DNA of 64,000 bases from Cenococcum geophilum. Its lineage: Eukaryota. Below, in pieces: positions 12,696-26,299 of this stretch. The notes under the pieces were generated by a model. That model was not told where the DNA came from, searched no databases, and saw only the letters and a list, made by a program, of their open reading frames with translations. The translations under genes were made by a program, and so were the position numbers. Location of the stretch: positions 28,086,001 to 28,150,000 of the forward strand of contig CP158635.1 of the NCBI GenBank assembly GCA_050273025.1, written 5' to 3'. Positions within the stretch are counted from its first letter, which is position 1. Each line of letters begins with the position of its first letter.

Positions 12696-15600
12696 CTCTT
12701 TGTAATAACACCTGGCTAATCTATAATATCTACTAATTAGTGTCGGTATTACCCGGGGGGGTACTGCAATTGCAATATAAGGTAACAGGTTCTTTAATTC
12801 ATTCGTGTCTTTCACAGAGGATCGTAAGGATCGCGGTGCCTAAATAGGGGGCTAATGAGTCACCGTAAGGATAACTAATCAGAGACATGACTACGTAACC
12901 TCTACTCATATAGACAGATATATTATTTTCCACGTTATTCCCGCGAACACCCCATTTTTATTCTGTATTTAAGATATAGATAAATTAGGCGTTAAGCTCG
13001 ATAACCTTAAGAATATACTTATTTAGGGAGATAATCGGGTGCCCATTATACGCAAGTGGGGTCACCCTTAGTTGCTCCTTTAATAGCTAGAAAGGAGTAT
13101 TGCTTAGAGCCACTTAACTAAGTTAGAGCTACGTTAACTATACTATTGTTTTAGCCACCTATCCATTCACTAACTACTTAGGGTTCTTTAGTAAGCAGGT
13201 TATAAAATTAAGGTTAAGATAATTAAGCATCTTATAAAGTACTACTATTACTACTAAATAAACTAGAAGTCCCCTAGCCGATTTAAGTTTACCCATAAAG
13301 ATAACTATAACTTTAACTTCTATATTATTATTAATATTATATATCTTAGCGGTAAGCTAGTACTCTAAGTTATTAACTTCTTAATATTTTTCTAAGCCGT
13401 ACGCTTCCTAAAGGATATGTTAGCTAGGAACGTATAGGATACTCTCTAATTATGCTAGATTAATGTCTACCTAGGACCCCCTAATTAAATTATTTATAAC
13501 ATAGGAAGGAACTTCTTATCTATAGAGTTTCGGTAATAGGCAAAGGCAATAGAAATTAAGGTTAAGGAAGTCCCTATTAAGGCATATAATAGCGTTAGAA
13601 AAGTAGAACAATACTATACGCTATTACGCCAAGTATATAAGATTATTTCTTTGGAACTAGAGGACGCTAGTAAAGAGCTTATCTTATAGATAGCTATTAA
13701 GGCTATTAACAATTCCGCTAGTCTAGATAGGCTTATACCTACGTTACTAGTCTTTAGCGCCTACCCTTAAATAACTAATAATTCTTTACTATCTCCCTTT
13801 ATTATATAACGAGCTAAGGCTATCCGCAAAGCAATAAAGAAGGTGTAACGTCTCTACGCCACGCGCTAGGTTAATAACGCACTAGGAATAAGAAATGGCC
13901 TAAATACCTTAACTACGCTTAATCTACCGCTCCAATCTAAGGTACGCGTATAGCGTAAAAAGGGAGGATAGTTAGGCCTATATAAACTTATTATAATTAA
14001 TAGTTAAACCTAGACTTTATAGGATGCCCTATAGACCTACTTAATTCCGCTTAACTGTTATTAAGCCCTACTATAAGAATAATAGCTCCGAGCCTTTATA
14101 GGATGCCCTAGAGGATACCCTAAAGGAGAATTATAATTAACGTGCTCTAAAAGGCAACAACGATTCTAATATAATTGTAGTAGACGTGCCGCAACTATGA
14201 TGCGGTAGAGGTCGCCTAAAGGGATTACGGAATTGCTAATATCTTATAGATTTTAAAAAGCAATTTATTACCGCTATTAAGAGTAGAGACGAGTTATTAA
14301 TGGCTTTTATAACAGCTAAAGAGAAGGATAACTTTAAGCTTATAAAACAGCTCTAAAAAGAAGGCCGTATTATAACTCTAGGAGCTCCTTTTTAAGTATC
14401 TAACAAATAGGAGATCGACGGTCTTATTATAAGAGGAGTCTTTAAATTTAAGAAATATAACCCTACTAAGTTTAATAGAGTTCGTATCTTTAAGTTAAGA
14501 ATAGTTAACGAGATTAAGGGCAAAGCTACTGACGCCCTATTTAAGAAATTAAGGCTTGTTATCTAAGGTTATAACAATAATAATAAGAAGGTAATCCTTA
14601 TGTAATCTCCTACGATTTAACGAGCTAGTTAGTAAGTTATTATTACGCTAGCTCCCTCCTTAATAAAAAGTAGAATGGTAGTTTATTTGCGAGATATTAC
14701 TTAAGCCTATACCTAATTAGAGATGTACCTTTAGCGCTTAATATTAGCATATCTTCTAGAGTAAATTCGCCACTAATATCCTAAAGATATAATTATGGTT
14801 GTCCTTAAGCTATTATACGGAATTGTAAAGGCAGGAACCTATTAGTAGACTACTTATAGTAAGCACTATAAAGAGAAGCTTTTAATAACTACTTTTACGT
14901 TTAATCCCTATTTCCTTATTATAATTATAGGAACTCTATTTAGAATTGTTGGCATATAAACTAACAATATAATTATTTTAGGAGACGACTAATTCTTAGC
15001 CCTTAAAGAGGATAAGCTAGTAAAGGTAAACCTTATAGCAAAGCTAAAGGAAAGACTTAATTTAATAACACTATTACTCTTTAATAGATGCATCCTTTCC
15101 CTAAATAAGGATTCCATTACTTTATACTAGAAGGGTTAAGGTAAGAAGATTAACGTTGTTAATATTAATTCTCTAAAGTAAGGATATATGGAGCAACGCG
15201 CTTATAGAGCTTATATTACTTCTATTTATTAACCTAAGGCTTTTTTTAATCTCTTTATTGCTGCCTAATACTAGGAACTAATTAAGGATAATATTTTTAA
15301 CCTAAATAAGCGTCTTTCCTGGCAAATAAACCATCTCGATTAAGGACTACTCTATATATCTATTAATCTTCCCACTACTAAGCTCTTTGTGTTTATTAAT
15401 AGATTATTTATAAATAATAAAGATTTTAGCTTTTAGCTAGGATATAAGACTATTATCGCAAATAAATCTACTAAAGAGAATAACTTTATAATTTACGGTA
15501 ATCTTATTTATTAGAGCTTAACTAAAAATAAGCGCGTTACTTAAAGTATTTTAGCGTTAGAGATATATAGAATAGTTAGTGGTATTAATATAGCAATTAC

Positions 15601-16263
15601 AATTAGAACTACCCTTAAGATAATTATAGATTAACTTAAACTTCCCACTATTCCTATAATTATATATACCAACTTATATTCCCTTTATAAGTATTTAGTT
15701 AAGCTTAGTACTATAAAGGAGAAGCGCCTTATAATTAATATTATAGCACTTTAGCAGTCCTATAAGTATTAAAAACTCTTTAAAATCTAATAAATTAATA
15801 GCTAAGATAACCTAGTAGATATAATAACAAAGGTAAACCCAAATAAGGCACTAGAGACGTTTATTAATATAAATACTCTATATATATAAGTTAAAGGTTA
15901 GATTAAGAGGGAAATTTAAAAAAGTTAAGATTTTATAGAACTTTAACTACTAGTTAAAGTTATTTAATTAGTTAGATTCTTGCTAAGAGCGCCACACCTA
16001 ATTAATTCGGGTGGCGGTGTGGGATTTTGCCAACGCTATTTATTAAGCTGGCTAATTAGGATTTTCTATCCCCGGAATAGAAAATCGCTATTAGCTTGGC
16101 TAAGAGCGGTAAGCGGAACTAATATCTTTATACGAACCCGTATAGATACCTACGCTACCCTTTCCCCTTTATTTCTTCTTCTTCTTCTCTTTAGCTTTGT
16201 ATCTTTATATAGTAGCAATCTATAAGTGTATATAGATGGCAACTATAAAAGAAGAGTTATTAG

Positions 16264-16436
16264 TGTCGGGAATGAGGTAAGCGGTCGTTATATGTCGTTA
16301 CGTGTCGCCGCGGCACTAGCGTAGTGAGGAACCTTAGGTTTTTTACCTACCCCCTGATTTTTAATAATAAGCTTTATAACTAACATTCACTATGTCTACT
16401 TAAGTAGCATTGGTGAGTTACCCTGTGACACCAACA
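16264..16436 (+). repeat. 3' LTR of A2
   Basis: Direct repeat of 7324-7496, followed by TSD GAATT. Confidence 0.95.
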
Positions 16437-16615
16437 GAATTTAAAGAAAATTATATAATTTAATATAAATATCTTAGGGTTTTTTAACTAAATTTTAGTT
16501 AAAATTTTAAAGTTTTTAATTTTTACTAAAAGCTTTAAAACACCACTAAATTAATCTTTTTTTACTACTTAAGTAATAAATTATTAGTGCGCTATATAAA
16601 TCTATATTAACTAAC

Positions 16616-17428
16616 TGTTTATATTAACAGCTAGCTACTAATAATGCTGCCAATAACGCTAACTATTGGCATACTGCACAATATTAATAATATGAATTTC
16701 CCCTTCTAGATCGCGAGTAAACAAGAGCTTTTAATGTTTATCTAAAATCAAGATAAGCGGAAAAGTAATAGGAACCAGATCCTAGGCTAGAATCCGCAGG
16801 TGATTGAGGTATGCCATTACCCATATAAAGAGCTAGACTTCGCTAGCTTCCTTACCGCTATTAGGAGACTTTGTCTTAATATTAACGGCAATAGAATTGT
16901 AACAGAGGAGCGAATAGTCAGACGGATTAATAGTGCGGTGGAGGGGCTAGGGGAAGCAGCTAGGCGGGTAATGACCTGGCTTTCCAAGAGAAAGGGTAGG
17001 CTAAGGGTAATCGCATAATTAATCATTTTTTGCTTTAAGAGAATCACTAAATACATCGAAGCCCAGTTAGGTGCCAACTTCCTTATCAACTACTCCTTCC
17101 TAGACGAATTTCTAAAAGATTATTATCTAGCCGTTTACGCAGGGCTGGATGGGAAGTTGGTATATGGCAAACTAATCGTCGCAACACGGTTATATTATCC
17201 AAAGCCCGAGATAATTAATGGAGTATATTTAAGAGTTAACGGACACTAGGTCAAGTAGCTTTTCTTTATCAATAAGCTTATAATAAGTGATTAAAAAATC
17301 TTCTATCTAAGGTAACAATATTAAATTAACGCTAGATAATAGCCGAGTTCAATAGTCAATTTCTAAATAATGTGGCTAATAGTTAGCGTCGCTAACAACG
17401 TCGCTGGCAGCTAGCTACTAATATAAGT
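16616..17428. mobile_element. ~0.8-kb cassette bounded by ~50-bp inverted repeats (non-autonomous DNA element?) carrying an ORF-like interior
   Basis: The reverse complement of ~16618-16670 aligns to ~17375-17427 with transition-only mismatches. The interior reads as a near-continuous frame from ~16800 to 17250. No TSD resolved. Confidence 0.6.
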
Positions 17429-20400
17429 GTTTATATTAACTTAATAATACAAGTAAGTCATATCCAGGGGCACGAAATACGTATAGTATCGTATGCTCTT
17501 TTGGATAATGGTAACTATCAATTCTATTAAGGTAGACTACGTAGTCTATATACTAACGCGCCCTCCCCCCTAATTAGTTATAAGTAAGTGGTTAGTGCAC
17601 TAAACGCGTAGATACGCGTTTGGTATACCAGGTGCTGTAATTATATACTAGCGGCACTTAAAGATAGACCCACTTGTATATAGCCTCCGTAATTGCCTTA
17701 TTAGAACCGTAAAATACTAAAGAAATACATAGGAAATCCCTCCCAATGTGCCTTCTAAGCTGCCTTCCAGATGGTGCTTTAAGCTAGCCATAAGTCCTAT
17801 TTACAGTCCGTAAAATAAACCGTACGGCCTTCTAACGGGCCGTAAATAAACCGTAAGTGCTCCATTAGTCTCATTCCACCCATTCTATAACCTTTAGATT
17901 AAGCTTATTTGTATTAATTAGGGTTTTAAGAGCTTGGCACGGCTTTGCCTTAGTTATAACGTCTACTAGGTTATCTTCGCCGCTAATCCATTTAACCTCC
18001 GTAATATTACGTCGTTTATAGGCCTAGCATAAGCACATTAGGTTAACTATAAGCCTCTTCTCTTATATTATACCTAGTTTGACTAAGTAGTCATAAAGGG
18101 ACTTTAAATCGGTGTATAAAACTAGGGGTAACTACTCTAATTATAGAATCTTCTAGATTATTAATTTGATTGCGGTTGCTATATTAAAGCTATAAGCTAG
18201 TATATATAGTTTAGAAGCTAATATACTGCGGGTTACTTATTTATATTTAATTAAAGACTAATATAGTATATTTACGTCCTAATTATAGTCCGTAAGTATA
18301 ATTATAAAGCTAATTTATAATAATAGGTCTCTATTATTAGTAAAGGAGGCGTCCGTAAATACTAGTACGCTAAGGGAATTTAGGTCTAGTAGTATAAAAG
18401 TAAATCCTCTTATTACATTATTAATTTGCCGCTAAATACGCTTATTAAGCTACTTAATATTTTCTTTTTATAGATCTGTTACCTAGGCCGTAAAGGATAA
18501 ATTATAGGCAGATTTAGGTTAACAGACTATAGCAATATAGGCGCCTCTTACACGCTATGCAACGTATTAGTCCTTTATATTTATAGTTTTATAGGTCTCT
18601 TTATGGGAACTAGTAAGGTCTATAGGCTTTACTATAATAAGCCTTAGGTTTTAAGCTTAGCATTCCTAGGTTAGCTAAATTAAGTTACCCTTTTATATAA
18701 TTAAACCTCTATTAAACTTAATTGGAGTCTACTTAGTTAACTGCTCTTATGGCTTTACTAAAAACTTAGCTTCTTATAGTTTAGTCTCTTTAGTATCCAT
18801 AAAAGTCTAGTCCGCTAAGAAGAGGGTATTATCTATTTAGAGTCTAATAATACTAAGGCCGTTTAATAGGGTATATAGGAGGTAGGGGTTATATATTAAC
18901 TACTCTATCTTAAGTTTATAGACGTAATGCTAGTAATATATCTTAAACTAGTAGTTTTTAGCTTTCGGCACTCTATAAAGGGGTTTTATAACCTATAAAA
19001 TTATTCTTAGTTATAAGTTAAGCTTAAGGGGTGGCTATATATAGATATCTCTACTTAGGTAGGTGTTAGACTATATATAGGCTTACGAGATATCCCGTAA
19101 GTAAAGGGCTATAGGTTTAGTTTGCTATAGTCTAAGCGTAAGTATAAGTATAATCCATTAACTAATTTATTAAATTATAAGTAATTGCGTAAGGACTAAG
19201 TCCTTTCTCTAGTCGTTATAAGCTTATATAATAAGAGTTAATTTTTTAAAGGCTTTATTAGTACTAGGGTGCTTAATCTTATTAATAAAGTATAAATTAA
19301 ATATACGGACGCCTTGCGGAACGTCTCTCTCCATTATAACCGCAAAGACGCCCTTTTTAAGTAGTCTGTTAATCTCTTTACGTTATAAGTCCGTAAAAGG
19401 GGTTTCCTATACTAAGACTAATATATTTATAGGTGGAAGTTGCCTTATAGATATGCCTGCGGAGGTTAAGTAATTCTTTATTATAGGGTGCTTTTAGGGG
19501 CGTCCTTAGCTATACTTTACGGCAAGTTTAGTAGGTTTAGTAAGTTTACGGGGGACTTTTAGAGTAGGTAAGGGTGCTTCTAGTTCGTCTAATTTAACGT
19601 TATAGGTGTTTTTAAACCAAAAATAGGGTTTTACGGATGTGCTTCTAAAACTAGTTAGTCTACTAGAGAGTTATATATAGTACGTTTCGTCTTTTATAGC
19701 TAGTAAACGATAAGGCCCAGTCTAATTGCCGCTCTTACACTATATAAGGACTTTAGAGTTAAGTAGGAGGTTATATACTAAGGTTATATAAGGTCCATTA
19801 CGGTAGTATAGAGCACTATTAATAGTTTATTTAGCCTATAACTTAACTATTTTAGCTATTACCTTCTATATTATAGCTACTTAATCTATAATAGACGGGG
19901 CAGGAAGGTTCAGTTTACCTATCCTTAGGTAGGCTCTATAAACTAAAAGAGTAGGTACTAGTCCGTTAGGGCCAGTAGTATTATTAACAGCTTTTACGGC
20001 TATCTATAAAGCTAGTTCCTTTTAGATATCCTTATACTTATCTATAATAATCTAGTAGGCTCTCTATAGAGCTAGGTAAGCTCGCTTAATAAGCCTAATA
20101 GACTAGTGCGCCTTAACTAGGATGGCTTTTATTAAAATAGCTATAGCCGTAGCGTACTATTAGAATTCCTTACTAATAAAGTTTCTACTAGCGTTGTAGG
20201 TAATATACTTAGGGGTCTAACGTATATATTAATCTAGTAGGTCTATAAAATATCCTAAGTATATTTTATAAATATATTTTACAACTAATAGGCGGCTTAA
20301 TAGTAAGTTGCCTTATTAATTATATATAATACTAGGCTACCGTTAATATATATAATGTCTATATATATTAAGTGGTTAAATTAAAATCCTTATAAAGAGT

Positions 20401-23400
20401 AAACTTAAATCGGCCTAGGGAATATCTATATTTCTAGTAAAAGGAACAGTATTTAGTTAAGTAGTTAATTGCCTTTTTATTAATATTATTATATCTACAG
20501 CGTTTAAGGACTCTATATAGCTTTTTAGCTAATAGGTAGCTAAAACAGTAGTATAGGCGGTGGATTTTAGTACTAGTAAGGTAGCATGGGTTATAGTTAA
20601 AAGATTCTTAAATATAGGTCTGTAAAGTCTCTCCTTATATAAGAAACAGGTGTCTAAATTATTGCCACAGTGCTGTAATAAAGTAGACTAAATAACTACG
20701 TTATGGTATAAAGAGGGGAAGAAGGTGGAAAGGGGGTATTATATATAAATAGTAGGGCCGGCCGCCAAGTCGCTAGTAGTGGGCTAGCTAATAGTAGGAA
20801 ATAGTACGAGACAGTATAAAACAGTATGCGTTAGGTTAGTGCCGTAACAGTACTCCTCTCCCCTAGATAGTTTAGTCCCTAAACTAAATAGATAACTTAA
20901 AAATAGGCAGTGTACGGGGTTGCCTATTTTTTACCGTAAAGATATTAGTTCTGCTTACCGCCTTTAACCAAGCTAATAGCGATTTTCTATACCGGGCATA
21001 GAAAATCCTAATTAGTTAGTTTAGTAAGTAAGGTTAGCAGAACTTTATACCGCCACCTGTTACGGACGCTTTAAGTACAATATTATGACTACTTAGAGAA
21101 GAGTCGGAGGAAGCTAGTTGGTTAATACAGGCACGGACTAGGATAAAACCCGTGGAACCATGTAACAAGGGATAGTAAGCAAGTCACATAATGGTTAAAC
21201 GCGTTAGCTGCGTTAAACGTAAGGGACGTCACGTTTAATATAGATAAGGCGTATATTATATATAAGAAGGATTTTATAGGAGTACGGTTGTATATTTAAG
21301 GACCCTTAGTCCCTACCTAGATAGTTCCTTCTATGTAGTAATTCTTAGAATATAATTAAAGTTAATCTATTAGGCAACTACTCCACTAGTTGTTATTACG
21401 TTATTAACTTACTTGTAATACCTATACACCTAGCCCATTAATAAGCCCACCATAGTTCTTACTATAAGGTTCCGTTACACAATTACTACTATAGTTACGG
21501 TTTTAATAAGTTAAACAATATACCACTAAAAGCAGCCACTATAACACCATTGACGGCGGCAACTACGTTAGGATTAGGTAACGATACTAGTATAGCAGAT
21601 ACTAACTTATAACAGCCTATAATAGTAGGACAGTTATAAACAATAGTTAATTAGTTAACGGGAGATAATACGGTACTTAAAAATAGGATTAATAGGATAA
21701 GAGTAGTAAAGGTTAAGTTACTATTAATCAAAAAATTCTTAGGAGAAAGATTAAAGCTTAAAGGATTTCTTATATAAATACATTTTAAGGTTACGTAAGA
21801 AGGAGTAAAGCTAGTAATAACTATGGATTAAGTAGCATATACAGGATTGTTCTTATTAGGAAGAGCACTTAAGTAGTTTAAGCCTTACCTTACAGAGATA
21901 TAAGTAAATGGAATAATAATAACAAACTAAGAAGTATAGTTTATATTTTTAAGCTAGAATGGATTTATAGAGTAACTTATACAAATATTCAGGGACCTAG
22001 AAGTAATAACTATAATAAAAAGAAAACTTTAGAACCTAATATAACGAACTTTAGCAATTAAGTATATAATATAATTCTAAACGCTAGCTATATAACTTAA
22101 GTAGAATAATAAGGCGCTTATAGTATAGTATAAATAGGGACTTAAGGCTAAAATCTAGGACATAATTATTCTAATAGAAGATGCGGACACCCTAAGGAAA
22201 TTAATAAATTAAGCAATTAAGATTAATAATAGGATCTTCTAAAGGGAATAAGCTAAGAGGGGCTAGGATAGAGTCCTATAGTTATATAAGACGCAGAGTA
22301 CGCAATAACTAAAGCCAAATTAGAAACTATAGTATGGCGTAGAGCTAATGAACCTAAGTGGTACTAAAGAAACCTATAAAAGATGGAGTAAGAAACTATA
22401 GAAACCTAGAGGTTAAGGATTAAGTAATTATAGAACTAAGGAGTATAGGCCAAACCAAGGATCTTAGTAGAGGAAGACATTTAAGCGAACTCTATAGTAA
22501 AAATAATAGTTTAAAGACGGAGCTTATATAAATTGCGGAAAACAGGGTTATTTTACCAAAGACTATAGAAGTAATTAGAGTTATTATATAGTAAAGGGAA
22601 CTAAACTAGCAGTATATAACACACATATATAGAGGGATAATAGTATACTATAAGGAACAAAAGAATATTTAATTAGAAGTTTTACGTTTTATTATAATAA
22701 TATATACCAAATTTATAAAGACGCTAAGTACGGTATAAGCTATTAGCCACAAGAACTAGAGTTAAGAGGACTTAAAGGAACTAAAGAGTTAGACGAAGAT
22801 TAAGATCGACTCTATAAGCTAGATTAAGATATTACAGCAATATACGGACAAAGATTAGCAACAATAATAATAGAGTTAGAGTACTTATTAATTAACAGCG
22901 ATGAGGATAGTAAAGGAACTAACTAGGGGTATCTAAACCTTAATAACGCAATAGAAGTAGAGACTAAGACCGCTATAGAGTAAGGTTCAGTAACGGGCAT
23001 TATAACACCATTAGATACGGCATCTATCGCTTTATAAAACGGAAGGAGTAATATCTAAAGACAATTAAGCGAGCAGACAACTGCTAGCGCTAGCTCACCA
23101 CTTAATAAAGGCAAAAGGCTAAAGGCTTAAGATTCTCAAAATAAGATAAGAGATAACTAAGATTCTTAAGATAAGATAAGGTATGCTCGGAGGCCTATAA
23201 TAAACAATAACCAATAGAGTAGAGCAGCAGCTTAGTTTAAGAATATATAAATAAGCTTGGGATAAGTGTTCCTAATGGCATAAGACTCTTAAAACGAGAT
23301 AAGTGAGATTTAAGACTCTTAAGACAAGATAAGAACACTACAGACACCTAGTTAAACTAAGGCAGGAGCTAAACTTAAGTTAGAAGCAAGCTTAGGATTA

Positions 23401-26299
23401 AAGAATCCAAGGGACTAAGAATTCGGAGTATAAATTAGGACACCTATAAGCAAGAGGTAAGGAGCTTCTTTATAAATTAGAGAATCTATAGCGTAAATAG
23501 TAATTAGACTAGGAGACAGATATATAGACCTAGAAAACTTACCAGTTAAACAAGATATTTAGACTAAAGATTAAGAGTTTAATACTAAGATTAAGAAGTA
23601 AAAAGACTTTAAGGATCTACTTATAAGACGCGACGTAAAAGAAACCATAGAGGAGTTTAGAGCGAGAATTACCTTATAGCAAGAATAGAAACTAAATAAG
23701 AGATCTAGTATATTAGGACGTATAAGGGACAGAGCGCTAGTATAAAGAATCACCAATAGGCCTAGAGTAGGCATATTAAGAGCTAAGTGGCTTACTAAAC
23801 TGGAACAAAAAGAGAATCTAGGGATTCCTACTAGATTCGAGGAACGATATACTAAAGGCTGTTATAACGCAGCGATAAAGAGATATTTCCTTACAGACGA
23901 GCCGTATACACTTAAGCAGCTATACTAAAAGTGGTATAGGTAACAACACAACGATAAGTGGGAAGATTTCTATATATAGTTAGATAAAAAAGTTGTCTAA
24001 GACTACCTAATTATAAAAAAGGCTATAACTTATATTAAGGGGGCCTTAATTATAATATTAAAGGATTTAAAGAAGTAATTAGAGGACTAGAAAAGTAAAA
24101 AATAAATCTTAGTACCCGCGAACAAAGTTATAACGCTTAGATTAACATAAGAAAAGTTTAAACTTAAGAACAAAAACAAGCTAAGAGTTAACTTAAGACA
24201 TTAAGCATATTATACACTATTATAGATAGCATGCGTGGATAATATATATAACATATATAGAGCACTAAAGGATAAAAATTAAAAGTATCTAATAAGAATG
24301 TATTAGATAACGGACGAGGCGAAGTATTAAAACGCTAAGTATATATATAGTTAGCACCTAGTAGAAGTTTAAGAATAAGGGGACTTAATACTTTAACTAG
24401 AAAGATTCCTTACGGAAGAATGCTTAGATAGACAATAATAGTAGGAATATCTAGAAAATACCTATTTATAGTATATTAAAGATAAGAAATAAACTAAGTA
24501 TTAGCCTAAGTTGGACTAAGTATAAACAGGATCTAGTAGCTAATAGTTAGGAAAAGTAGAGGCCCACGGGACTAGAGAGAGCTAGTAGTAGAGCCTTAGA
24601 CCCTTAAAGGAATTTAAGGATAACACCTAAATTTATAAGTTAAATAGTAAGATTAACAGTTTAAGGCATTAATAGATAGTGGAGCAATAAGAAACTATAT
24701 CTCGCTAGCAGCAGTTAAAAGAATAGGGTTACTACACAGGTAAAAGGAACGTCCTTACCTATTAGTAATAATTTTAGGAGATCCAATAGCCTATAAAGGA
24801 GGTATTATTAACCTTAAAATAGGACCTATTTAGCTAACCATTAAGGGAAGATAAATTAAGATGTCTTTTAATATATTACCATTGGGGAATAATAAGGCAG
24901 TATTAGGAATGCCTTAGTTATAGGAATATAATCTAAAGATCGATTAGGTTATAAGTTAGGTCGATATTAAAGATATATAATAACGCAAGATATAACAATA
25001 AGCTAAGTTAGTATAGTACTAAGTGGGAGCGACCTATAAAGAAACGGAAAAAGGGCTAAGCTATATACTAAAGAGATACTATAAGTATAGTAAGAAACTA
25101 TAGTCACCTAAGAGTAAAAAGCTATTAGAGTATATAGTATGGGACTATAAAATAGAATTAGAACTAGAAATAAGTCTAAGGTTCTTTTTAATCTATAAGC
25201 TTACTAAAGAAGAAGGTAGAGCATTAAAAGAGTTTATCTAAGAAAATCTATAAAAGGGATATATTAGACCATTACAGTTATTAGTAGGATATCCAGTACT
25301 ATTCATACCAAAGAAAAATAGAAAACTTAGGCTATATATTAACTATAGATAGTTAAACAGCATCACTAAAAAGGATAGGTATTCTTTACCCTTAATTAGC
25401 GAAATCTAAGACAGGATTAGTAATACGTAAATCTTTATAAAGATAGATCTAAGATAGGCGTACTATTAGATTAGAATTAAGGAAGGCAATAAATAAAAGG
25501 TAGCCTTTAGATTAAAGGAAGGACTATATAAACCATTAGTTATATAATTTAGGCTTATAAATATACTAGTAACATTCTAGAAGCGTATTAATAATATATT
25601 AGGAGAATATTTAGATAAATTTATTATAGTATACCTTAATAATATTATTATCTACTTAATAAACGAGGAAGAATATAGAGAACACGTTAAATAGGTCTTA
25701 AAGAGACTATAGGAAGAATAAATGCTAGTAATAATTAAGAAATGCAAGTTCTTTACCAAAAAGACTAATTTTATTAGATTTATTATTAAACTAAGCCAAC
25801 TTAGTATAGATCTAAAGAAGATTAAGGCTATAGTGAATTAATAAGAACTAGAGAATGTAATATAGTTAAGGTTATTCCTAGGGTTTTATAATTACTATAG
25901 AAGGTTTATAGCGTAATAGTTAAAGGATATTAAACTATTTACGCGATTAACGAAGAAAGAAGAACTATAGGCATAGGAAGAGGAACAGCGAGAACTCTTT
26001 AAAAAAGTTAAAGAGTTATTTACCCAGGAGCCAGTTCTTAAGATCTATTAACTAGGACTAGAGACGGTTATAGAAATAGATATATTAGACTTTACACTAG
26101 AAGCATATTTTATATAAAGGTATCTAAATAGATAGTATCTAGTGGCATATTATAGTCGGAAGATAACACTACTAAAGTTAAACTATAACATCTATAACAA
26201 GGAGTTATTAGGTATAGTTATAGTACTAAAAAAATAAAGAGCATTCTTATAAGGTATAGAGAAACTATTTATAGTTAAAACGGATTATAAGAACCTAAC

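Larger units (their letters stand above)
9951..12916 (-). mobile_element. Non-autonomous gag-only LTR retrotransposon (element C, 2966 bp), nested in the protease region of A2
   Basis: 176-bp LTRs at 9951-10126 and 12741-12916. TSD GATAT on both sides. CTAATTAGT site next to the right-hand (5') LTR. The internal region holds only a gag-like frame, and I found no PR/INT/RT/RH motifs. Confidence 0.9.
7324..16436 (+). mobile_element. Full-length Copia (GalEa-like) family A copy 2, interrupted by element C
   Basis: 173-bp LTRs at 7324-7496 and 16264-16436. TSD GAATT (7319-7323, 16437-16441). CTGATTAGT follows the 5' LTR. gag ATG at 8004. Protease D-T-(G) at ~9778. INT/RT/RH resume after 12921 and run to ~15915. 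Sequence is largely the reverse complement of A1. Confidence 0.95.
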
